Shown here: piece by piece, positions 21,301-30,631 of the stretch
Position numbering within the stretch: the stretch's first letter is position 1
Layout of the letters: each line of letters opens with the position of its first letter
Assembly: GCA_944393615.1 (NCBI GenBank)
Contig: CALYAQ010000134.1
Span: 1-42,883 of the forward strand
Direction: 5' to 3'
From: an uncultured Clostridia bacterium
Lineage (GTDB): Bacteria; Bacillota; Clostridia; TANB77; SIG350
Length of the DNA: 42,883 bases
Program-made: the position numbers and the translations under genes
The notes under the pieces: generated by a model
Seen by the model: the letters and a program-made list of their open reading frames with translations, nothing else
Told to the model about the DNA's origin: nothing
Databases searched by the model: none

Positions 21301-24300
21301 TTCAACCAAACATTTGTAATTACTAATATCAATCAATTCGTGATTTAAATACAACTATTGTCAAGGTTCAACTATTTACAAAAAATGTAAAAAAACAAGT
21401 AAAAGCATATTTAAATACAACTATTGTCAAGGTTCAACTACACATATATATTTTTTTCTATCTCTTTTTTGCGATTTAAATACAACTATTGTCAAGGTTC
21501 AACCATATATAATTACCTCGAAAGTGAGGTGAATTATTAATTTAAATACAACTATTGTCAAGGTTCAACAAATCCTACCTCTCTGTAACAATCTGGATAT
21601 TTACTATTTAAATACAACTATTGTCAAGGTTCAACGTAGCTCTCAAATTTACTACCAAATAATGTTTCCGGAATTTAAATACAACTATTGTCAAGGTTCA
21701 ACACAATTAGGATTTAATCCTATTAGCAAAAAAGAGCAGTATTTAAATACAACTATTGTCAAGGTTCAACAATTAATTATGACTATGTTATAATATATAT
21801 GTAAGTTATTTAAATACAACTATTGTCAAGGTTCAACATTTCAAATATATCATCGGTGCTATAACTAAAGGTATTTAAATACAACTATTGTCAAGGTTCA
21901 ACACTAATACAATCAAATAAATTTGCAGTGGTAATAAAATTTAAATACAACTATTGTCAAGGTTCAACTATTAGTAGCTTTAATGAAGAAATAGTCGATA
22001 GGTATTTAAATACAACTATTGTCAAGGTTCAACTGATTGTATATGTACAATCTCCGCTTCCATTCCTTCATTTAAATACAACTATTGTCAAGGTTCAACT
22101 TTTACTTTTAGCCCACTTGCTTTTTTAACAATACTATTTAAATACAACTATTGTCAAGGTTCAACATGTGATTGGTATTGGGGATTTGGATATATTGTAA
22201 GATTTAAATACAACTATTGTCAAGGTTCAACTGTGTAAATTTTAAATGTATTATAAATTTATAATATATTTAAATACAACTATTGTCAAGGTTCAACATA
22301 CAAGCCATTAAAAAAGATGAGGGATGGTTAAAATTTAAATACAACTATTGTCAAGGTTCAACTTTGTCCAAAGTGCATAAACACTAAACGCGGTGAGATT
22401 TAAATACAACTATTGTCAAGGTTCAACTATATGTCTTGTCTGTCAATAGTTTATTGTTAACTATTTAAATACAACTATTGTCAAGGTTCAACATTTATCA
22501 GCAACAAAAACATAGGTTGCTTTTTTGTATTTAAATACAACTATTGTCAAGGTTCAACCATAATCGACAATTGCAAAGACACCGAAGGTTCTTATTTAAA
22601 TACAACTATTGTCAAGGTTCAACTCTTATTGTTGTAGGTATGCCTAATCCATTGTCTAATTTAAATACAACTATTGTCAAGGTTCAACTTTGTCAAAAGT
22701 GCATAAAAACTAAACGCGGTGAGGATTTAAATACAACTATTGTCAAGGTTCAACTCTAACACTATCATTAGAATTGCTTTCTATGTACTATTTAAATACA
22801 ACTATTGTCAAGGTTCAACTTTAATATGTATTGTGCAATGTTTACTGGCTTTTAATTTAAATACAACTATTGTCAAGGTTCAACTACGTTGCTTGTCTGT
22901 CAATAGTTTATTGTTAACTATTTAAATACAACTATTGTCAAGGTTCAACCGGAGATTGTACATATAAATTTAAAGCCGTAGTAAAATTTAAATACAACTA
23001 TTGTCAAGGTTCAACCCTATTGGCAATAAAAACATAGGTTGCTTTTTTGTATTTAAATACAACTATTGTCAAGGTTCAACTAATTATTGCCATTTAGCTA
23101 ACAGTATATTTATTGCATTTAAATACAACTATTGTCAAGGTTCAACATTCTTTGTGTGGAATGTAGGGGATATGCAATAAAACAATTTAAATACAACTAT
23201 TGTCAAGGTTCAACTTTATTTTATTATTTATTTTATTTATATATAAAAATTTAAATACAACTATTGTCAAGGTTCAACGGAGTATATGGGTGGTATGCTG
23301 ATGTATTTCATCTATTTAAATACAACTATTGTCAAGGTTCAACGATGATATAATAGGCGTTTTAACTTGCTACAATTTAATTTAAATACAACTATTGTCA
23401 AGGTTCAACTCCTTGCTGATAATACCCCCAAAATGTATCTCCACTATTTAAATACAACTATTGTCAAGGTTCAACATTTTAGGAAGTATATATTTTATAC
23501 TTCTTTTTTTAATTTAAATACAACTATTGTCAAGGTTCAACTTATAGAGAGGTAGGATTTTACACTATAAAAGAGGAATTTAAATACAACTATTGTCAAG
23601 GTTCAACTTATAAAAGTGTTGTAGCCGAATATAATAAAACTGCATTTAAATACAACTATTGTCAAGGTTCAACATGTACTAGTACATAATAGTAATGTTA
23701 TTATATTAGATTTAAATACAACTATTGTCAAGGTTCAACCAATGCAATCCTTCATTTCTTTTAGTACTTCAAAAATTTAAATACAACTATTGTCAAGGTT
23801 CAACACTTGTATAATATATATGTAAGTTAGATATAACTTAATTTAAATACAACTATTGTCAAGGTTCAACCTGTGTTTTTACTATATATATAATATAAAC
23901 ACTAAAATTTAAATACAACTATTGTCAAGGTTCAACTTGTGCGTCGTTTTTTGTTTTTGACTTTTTAGCAATTATTTAAATACAACTATTGTCAAGGTTC
24001 AACATTTTTGACAAATTTTATCCTCTTCTTTTATAGTGATTTAAATACAACTATTGTCAAGGTTCAACCTTATATTTCTTCATTAGATTTTTTACAAAAG
24101 CCAATTTAAATACAACTATTGTCAAGGTTCAACGTTCCTTTGACAATTTGTTTTTACTCTCTAATTCTATTTAAATACAACTATTGTCAAGGTTCAACTA
24201 TATAAGGAGGTAGAAAATATGAATAAACCTATGAATTTAAATACAACTATTGTCAAGGTTCAACAATTGGAGACCCGCAAACAATACAACTTCTTTCATT

Positions 24301-25050
24301 ATTTAAATACAACTATTGTCAAGGTTCAACACCAATTTGTTAACGTCATTTCTAAACGTAACCATATTTAAATACAACTATTGTCAAGGTTCAACGCGAA
24401 TATGCAAACCTTTGCTAATACTACTTTACAATTTAAATACAACTATTGTCAAGGTTCAACGTAAATAAAGAATTGATAAAAATATTAGGACTAGAATTTA
24501 AATACAACTATTGTCAAGGTTCAACATACACAAAAAGAAATAATAAAAACGGCACATCACGATTTAAATACAACTATTGTCAAGGTTCAACCATATATTT
24601 TATGGCACAGCAAACAGGAAATTAAGATTTAAATACAACTATTGTCAAGGTTCAACTTTTTTATTAGCCATTAATACCACTCTCCTTTAAATATTTAAAT
24701 ACAACTATTGTCAAGGTTCAACTTTTTATCCCCTCAACACCTAGAAACACAACGGTTATTTAAATACAACTATTGTCAAGGTTCAACTCTACTGGGTTTG
24801 ATTTAGTACCGGCACTTAATCAATTTAAATACAACTATTGTCAAGGTTCAACCTACAACCTCTTTGCCTTTTTTTAAGGTGTCACTAAATTTAAATACAA
24901 CTATTGTCAAGGTTCAACATAATTCCTCGTATCTCCTTTTACCTTCTAATGTTATTTAAATACAACTATTGTCAAGGTTCAACTTATGCTAGGAATAGCA
25001 ATATTCAGGCAAGAACCAGTATTTAAATACAACTATTGTCAAGGTTCAAC
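18380..25050 (-). CRISPR. Type I-B CRISPR array, 102 repeats / 101 spacers
   Basis: 30-bp repeat ATTTAAATACAACTATTGTCAAGGTTCAAC on plus, GTTGAACCTTGACAATAGTTGTATTTAAAT on minus (clostridial I-B style, ending ATTTAAAT). Spacers are 34-38 nt and all repeat starts were located by hand. Variant repeats at 18447-18476 (1 substitution), 20094-20123 (3 substitutions) and 21016-21045 (1 substitution). Confidence 0.97.
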
Positions 25051-25369
25051 TAACAAAACTTCAATGTTTTATACAAGTATAATAACATATATATGTTTAT
25101 TTTTCAATATTCGTTATGAAATTTTCCAACAAATTTTAAATATCATCAATGCTTATATTCTAAGTCTTTTATTTAATCGTTGGAAAAAATTAATCTATAT
25201 ATTATTTTTTCATGTTAAGCTTAAAATGTCTTAACTAACTAATTTCAACATACGCATATATATTATCATTAATCCTACATTAATAGTAAAAACATATATT
25301 ATTATATTTTATAAAATAAATTCTTGGATTATTTTAAAACCGCATATATATTTTTATTCAAAAACAAAT
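25051..25369 (-). promoter_or_regulatory. Probable CRISPR leader, with candidate promoter TTGAAA(25107-25102)-17 nt-TATTAT(25084-25079)
   Basis: AT-rich non-coding 319 bp at the end predicted to be upstream by repeat orientation and by the cas strand. Mutated repeats cluster toward the other end. Confidence 0.55.
25231..25250. repeat. Right copy of the 20-bp inverted repeat bracketing the array
   Basis: TTAACTAACTAATTTCAACA is the reverse complement of 18341-18360. Confidence 0.8.
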
Positions 25370-26542
25370 TTAAATGGTAGAAATTGGTAAAAACCTTTCC
25401 AGAAATACACAATCATTAGGACCATTTTTATAGTTCTTTTCTGTAAACCAAATTTGATCTTTTCTAAAAATTGTTAAACTCAACAAATTCGTATCATGAG
25501 TATTAAAGATTAATTGCACTCCTTTCTTATTTGTGTTTGTATTATTAAATAATTTAACTATATAAATTACTAATAATGGATGCAAACTTTTATCAAGTTT
25601 ATCTATTACCATAACATTACCTTTTTGTAATGTTTCTTTTATAAATGGAATTAATAGAAAAATATTTTTTGTTCCTACAGATTCTTCTTCAAAGCCAAGT
25701 ACACCATCCATAACATTTCCATCTTCATCTTTAAAGGTATGTCTAGTTGTTACATTATATCCTTTTATTCCATTAGACATTAATGGTCTTAATTAAGGTG
25801 GAACTGACAATAAATATTCTTCAGTAATCTTAATATTTTTCACATTAAAATTACTAATATTTAAATCTGTTTTACTTAATAAATTTAAAGAAAATTTTCT
25901 CAATTTACCCGTTTTATCCATATCATATCGTTCAAATGCAAATCCTGTTAATGGTTCATATTCAAAAATAACATTTAAACCATTTGTTAAAAATTCATAC
26001 ACTGGTTTGGTTTTTTCATAATTCCATGTTGTTACTGTTACTAAAAAGAATTTATTTTCCATATTTTTTTCTTTTATATCATTTAATTCATTTTCTGATT
26101 TTGTAAAATGATAATCATTTACATTAGTTCTTTCAAATATTTCTGTTTGTTTTCCATTAGGATAATAATACAAGTATTCTTCATATATTTTATATTTGTC
26201 TAATTTGAATCCATATACATATTTAATTCTATCCAATTTCATTATAATTTCAAATTCACTTTTACCTTTAATCGTACTATTATTAAATTGAAATGGTACA
26301 AAAGGTAATGGCATTTTAGGTTGCATATTATTTGAATTTTTCAACATTAAAACAATTAAATTTAAAGCTTTAAATAAATTACTTTTTCCTGAAGCATTAG
26401 CTCCATATATAACTGCCGACTTTAAATAATTTTCTTTTTCGTCCTTTATTAAATTTTCTTCATGTGCTTTGTTTTTAGATGCCAACATACTAAAAGTCAC
26501 TTTTTCTTTTATAGACATAAAATTCTTTACACTAAACTGCAT
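25370..26542 (-). pseudogene. AAA_21/ABC-like defence-type ATPase interrupted by a single in-frame TAA
   Basis: ORFs 25793-26542 and 25370-25780 are in the same frame (26542-25780=762). They are separated only by TAA at 25795-25793 (..LLSVPP*LRPLMSNGIKGY..). Walker A GANASGKSN; C-terminal VMVIDKLDKSLHP...QLIFNTHDTNLL...RKDQIWFTEKN. Confidence 0.75.
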
Positions 26543-26708
26543 TAGTATGTTTTTCCCTTTCTTCCATTAATAATATTCTAAATAAATCGTAAACACTTTT
26601 TAATATTTTTTGTTCATTTTTTGGTGTTTATTTTCCATTTTTGGTTGTTTTATTTTTATTTTTTGCATTTTTATTCAAATTATACATTGAATCATATATT
26701 GTATATAT

Positions 26709-26757
26709 ATAAAAAAAAGAAAAAACTACTACTTGAATGGTAAACATTCAAGTAGTA
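26709..26757 (-). terminator. Orphan rho-independent terminator (copy 1 of a duplicated hairpin)
   Basis: Minus strand TACTACTTGAATG-tttac-CATTCAAGTAGTA then GTTTTTTCTTTTTTTT. No minus-strand gene lies immediately upstream of it. Confidence 0.7.
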
Positions 26758-26948
26758 AAAAAGGTATGGTGGAAGTTTAAAAAATTGAATTTGAAAATTT
26801 ATTTCTTCTTCATAACTAACTACGGTTTTTTCTTTCATATATCTTGTTTCCTTCTTGTTCAGCATTTGTAGCACATTGTAAAAAAAGCTGTTATATTAAC
26901 ATTTTTTCTCTTTATATTGCTCTTTTTGAAATAAAATTTACTCAAACA

Positions 26949-26977
26949 TTGAAAATTGTTGAAAATTTTGATATTAT
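26949..26977 (+). promoter_or_regulatory. Putative sigma-A promoter of the 2TM-protein/RT operon
   Basis: TTGAAA (26949-26954), 17 nt, TATTAT (26972-26977), 28 nt upstream of the start at 27006. TTGAAAATT is directly duplicated. Confidence 0.45.
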
Positions 26978-27005
26978 ACAATATATACTAATAATGGAGG
27001 TAAAA

Positions 27006-28379
27006 ATGGACTTGTTTAAATGTTTATGTAATATAGATTATAGAAATCCATGCAGTATACTTTTTGTATCTGCTATTATTATACTACTTATAGGAATATC
27101 TTTAATAACAAATTTTATAATTATACCTGGTATTCTATTAACAATATTAGGAGTTTTATTAATTATAATTTTTTATATAGTAAAAAAACACTTATATAAC
27201 GAACTACCTGTTGTAAAAGGAAATAAAAATGCTGGCATTTTAATTCGAATTTTTGCTAAAGACGAAGAAGAATATGATGATTTAAAATATAAATTTTTAA
27301 ATGAATTTACTTATGTTCTTGCTAATGAAAAAACAAAGCACTTTAAAACAATATGCATACCATTTCATTTAATAGACGAATATTCGTCAAATAATGAAGG
27401 TGATATTATAAAATTACTCGAGAAAACAAATTGTGTATCTCTTATAACCGTGCGTACAAAATCAGAACAATTAGATTTAACAACACAATATGTTACAGAA
27501 TTCACTTTAGGTATTATGCATCCACATTATATAAAAAATTTAAATAACTTATTGCAACAAGAAATAAATAAACTATTATCGAAAACATCTAAATTTAAAT
27601 ATTTAAAAGAAAATAAAATGCAAGTTTTAGAAACTATGGGTCAAAATTCATCATTTATTTGCCAATATATAATAACAAAATCTTTTTTTCTAAACGGACA
27701 AATAAATGATGCAAAAAACATGGGAACAGATTTATATGAAAAAATAAAAAATTTTTCTAGTAAAGAGATTACCAATACTTTAATTAATCTAACTAAAAAT
27801 TTATGCTATAATATACATCTTTTTTCATTATTTATTGAATTCTCAAAAATCGAATTAAATTTAAATGAAATAGGAAAAGAATTAAATGAAATGAATAATT
27901 ATATCCCCAACACCTACGATTACTATGAAGGAATGTGTGTTTATACATTTTTAAAACATAGAGATATTACTAAAGTAAAAGAATATATAAATAAATGCAA
28001 ACAATTAAATGGACCTAAAACATGGAAATATAATGAAGCTTTTTTATATGCTTATATGGAAAAATCAGAAGGACAAATTATTAGTAAATATATTCAAGCT
28101 TTTAAAATACCATATAATCATAGTGAATTAGTATACTTTATAGAAAATATCTATGATAAGGAAAAGAAAAATACCTTGGCTTTCGCATTAGCAATTTTAT
28201 ACATTGCTTTAGAGCAAAAAGAACTTGCAATCTTATTCTTACACGAATATCTAAATAACAAACCTTCTCATTCACTCGAAGAAGATACCTTTAAAAAATT
28301 ATCAAAAAAATTTGATAAAAAACTTGTTAACTCTATATACAAGCAAGCATCATTAAATAAAAAAGAAGAAAGAATGTGA
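27006..28379 (+). CDS. Hypothetical membrane protein: 2 N-terminal TM helices, ~130-aa mixed domain, long helical TPR-like C-terminus (RT partner)
   Basis: Start set at ATG 27006 (MDLFKCL..) with GGAGG at 26996-27000; the longer track ORF from 26844 has no RBS. TM helices SILFVSAIIILLIGISLITNFII and IPGILLTILGVLLIIIFYIV. No family recognised. Confidence 0.7.
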   Translation: MDLFKCLCNIDYRNPCSILFVSAIIILLIGISLITNFIIIPGILLTILGVLLIIIFYIVKKHLYNELPVVKGNKNAGILIRIFAKDEEEYDDLKYKFLNEFTYVLANEKTKHFKTICIPFHLIDEYSSNNEGDIIKLLEKTNCVSLITVRTKSEQLDLTTQYVTEFTLGIMHPHYIKNLNNLLQQEINKLLSKTSKFKYLKENKMQVLETMGQNSSFICQYIITKSFFLNGQINDAKNMGTDLYEKIKNFSSKEITNTLINLTKNLCYNIHLFSLFIEFSKIELNLNEIGKELNEMNNYIPNTYDYYEGMCVYTFLKHRDITKVKEYINKCKQLNGPKTWKYNEAFLYAYMEKSEGQIISKYIQAFKIPYNHSELVYFIENIYDKEKKNTLAFALAILYIALEQKELAILFLHEYLNNKPSHSLEEDTFKKLSKKFDKKLVNSIYKQASLNKKEERM

Positions 28380-28383
28380 TATT

Positions 28384-29853
28384 ATGAAAAAAATACTATA
28401 TATGTCTAATACAAATGCAAAAAAATATTTTATGAAAAATTCAAGTTATTTTTATTTACATTTACCCGAATACTATAACTTTGCTCCTCTATTAAATTCA
28501 CTAGACCTTCAACTTAATAATCATCTTCTATCTGATTTATATAATACTCCTCCTCACAAAGTTGATAACGTAAATTACAAAATTTTATCTAATAAAGATG
28601 GAAAATATGCTTGGAGATTACTACAACTAATACATCCTGCTTTATATATTGAATTGGTTAACATTATTACTGAAAAAGGCAATTGGAAAATATTAAAAAA
28701 ATGTTTTTCAAACTTCAAAAGTAACCATAATATAGTATGTTGTAGTGATCTTGTAGAGTCTTCCTCAAAAAACAATGATACAGGTGCATCTATTAATCAA
28801 TGGTGGACAACCTTAGAGCAAGAATCAATACGCTTGTCATTGGAATATAATTATATTGGTATAACAGATATTACTGATTGTTATAGTTCTATTTATACAC
28901 ATTCAATTTCATGGGCAATACACGGTAAACAATATTCTAAAGACCACATTGACGACAAGCAGTTGTTAGGATATAAAATTGACAGAGTGCTTAAAGCTAT
29001 GTCATACGGACAAACCAATGGTATTCCTCAGGGTAGTACATTATGCGATTTTATAGCTGAAATTATTTTGGGTTACTGCGATATATTGATTGGAGATGAA
29101 TTATTAAAACATGCAATAACAAAATATAAAATTTTACGTTTTAGGGACGACTACCATATATTTTCAAATAGCAAAGAAGAACTTGATATTATATTAAAAA
29201 TAATTTCCGAAGTTTTATCATCATTAAATTTAAAAATTAATGTTCAAAAAACTTTGGTTTCTCAAAATGTTATTTCTTCTTCAATAAAAAAATCAAAACT
29301 AGATGTTCTTAATAAATTTAACAATAACCTTAACCTTCAAAAACATTTATTGTGTATACGTGAATTTGCATTAGAACATCCTAATAGTGGTTCTTTACAA
29401 GTTTTATTAAAAAATTTATATGAAAAAAGAATTGAAAAAATAAATAGAAAACCCAAGGATATAATGGTAATAATTAGTATCATAGTAGATATTATGTACA
29501 ACAATAGTAAAACCTATGATGTTTGCATATATATTTTAAGCAAATTATTAACCTTCATAGATAAAGAACCTATTATACGTCTTATAGAAAACAAATTTAA
29601 ACAAGTTCCTAATATTGCTTATCTAGATATATGGCTACAAAGATTAACAATTCTCGACAATCGTAATCGTACATATACGTCTACTATTTGCCAATTATTA
29701 TACAATCCTACGATAAATTTATGGAATAATTCTTGGCTTAATTTAAACATAGATTCGCAACTAATTATAGATGAAAATGCTATTAATAATATTTCTAACG
29801 TTTTACCAAGCCGTAATTTATCTTTATTTGATGATTTTTATCTGTATCATTAA
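28384..29853 (+). CDS. Stand-alone reverse transcriptase, UG/Abi (defence-associated, DRT-like) style
   Basis: RT motifs: KDGKYAWRLLQLIHP; TDITDCYSSIYTHSISWAIHGK; GIPQGSTLCDFIAEIIL; ILRFRDDYHIF (DD codons 29146-29151); LKINVQKT. Helical C-terminal tail. Start is 4 nt after the upstream stop. Confidence 0.85.
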   Translation: MKKILYMSNTNAKKYFMKNSSYFYLHLPEYYNFAPLLNSLDLQLNNHLLSDLYNTPPHKVDNVNYKILSNKDGKYAWRLLQLIHPALYIELVNIITEKGNWKILKKCFSNFKSNHNIVCCSDLVESSSKNNDTGASINQWWTTLEQESIRLSLEYNYIGITDITDCYSSIYTHSISWAIHGKQYSKDHIDDKQLLGYKIDRVLKAMSYGQTNGIPQGSTLCDFIAEIILGYCDILIGDELLKHAITKYKILRFRDDYHIFSNSKEELDIILKIISEVLSSLNLKINVQKTLVSQNVISSSIKKSKLDVLNKFNNNLNLQKHLLCIREFALEHPNSGSLQVLLKNLYEKRIEKINRKPKDIMVIISIIVDIMYNNSKTYDVCIYILSKLLTFIDKEPIIRLIENKFKQVPNIAYLDIWLQRLTILDNRNRTYTSTICQLLYNPTINLWNNSWLNLNIDSQLIIDENAINNISNVLPSRNLSLFDDFYLYH

Positions 29854-29870
29854 TGAACTGTATAACAATA

Positions 29871-29895
29871 AAAAGCATTGATGCTTTTTTTATTA
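29871..29895 (+). terminator. Weak rho-independent terminator after the RT gene
   Basis: AAAAGCA-ttga-TGCTTTT followed by a T-rich run, 18 nt after the stop. Confidence 0.4.
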
Positions 29896-30132
29896 TTTCT
29901 TCCATGCAAACACCTTTTCTACTATTTTTCTAATCAAACTAACTCATACTTAAATTATTCAGCATTATGATATAAACCTATAAAATATATATTATGTATT
30001 ACTGTGCATATAATCATTTTTTCTATAAAAATTAATATATCTTGATTAGATAATAGCACCTATACACAAATATTAAATATTTTAACAAAAAGTATGTGGT
30101 GGCAACTAAAATATTTACTAATTCCCCAATAA

Positions 30133-30489
30133 TTACTTTTCAGTATTATCTAACACATTTATACAATATGTAGGTTCACTCAAACGTTCCGTTGCTAATT
30201 TCAACCCTTTTTCCTTTGCAATTCTAATAATTGCTATTTTTATCAAATGATTCCTTATATTTTCTATTTCTGAAATATATGTTTTACTATTATACACACT
30301 TGAAAAAGAATCAATTTCATTTATTTCATTAGCATAATATTGATATAAATATTTAATATAGCAACCATCTCTATCACCTTGTCCAAAATTATTTGCCCAC
30401 ACTCTTTTCAAATCAACTTGAACTTCTTTAACATCTTCGCTTGCTTTTGCTTGCAAAATCTTTTCGATTATTTTTAGTATTTCATTCAT
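30133..30489 (-). CDS. Hypothetical 118-aa protein
   Basis: RBS GGTGGTGA 7 nt upstream of ATG 30489. Candidate extended -10 TGTATAAT at 30595-30588. No recognisable motif. Confidence 0.55.
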   Translation of the reverse strand: MNEILKIIEKILQAKASEDVKEVQVDLKRVWANNFGQGDRDGCYIKYLYQYYANEINEIDSFSSVYNSKTYISEIENIRNHLIKIAIIRIAKEKGLKLATERLSEPTYCINVLDNTEK

Positions 30490-30631
30490 TATACATCACC
30501 ACCATTCTACTTTATGTTTAGCACATCACTTTATTATTCACAAGTCAATTTTCTTGCTTTAAAGTATTGATAAACACATATATTATTATTATACAAATAT
30601 TTTTAAATTTTATATATTTAAAATTTTTCAT

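Noticed and set aside
23542-24038. Possible opposite-strand overlap between spacers 23542-23577 and 24004-24038
   Set aside because: Only about 12 nt (CACTATAAAAGA) are shared before the sequences diverge. This is too short in AT-rich sequence to claim a common protospacer.
18361-25234. About a dozen 60-115-aa plus-strand ORFs in the track with recurring peptides LNTTIVKVQ and FKYNYCQGST
   Set aside because: They are translations of the 30-bp CRISPR repeat in two frames, stitched through spacers. They are not genes.
26692-26874. 60-aa minus-strand ORF
   Set aside because: It reads through the terminator hairpin and A/T tracts (FFFFLYIYNI), so it is an intergenic artefact.
26844-27005. N-terminal 54-codon extension of the 2TM protein ORF as given in the track
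   Set aside because: It has no RBS and runs through the predicted promoter. A GGAGG sits 5 nt upstream of ATG 27006, which starts directly at the TM region.
28384-29853. RT as a CRISPR-associated RT, group II intron RT, retron RT or DGR RT
   Set aside because: It is on the opposite strand and more than 3 kb from the array, with an ATPase gene in between and no Cas1 fusion, and I-B systems are not known to use RTs. It has no maturase/En domains or intron RNA-like flanks. It has no NAxxH/VTG motifs and no obvious msr/msd inverted repeats. I saw no DGR-type motif or TR/VR repeat pair.
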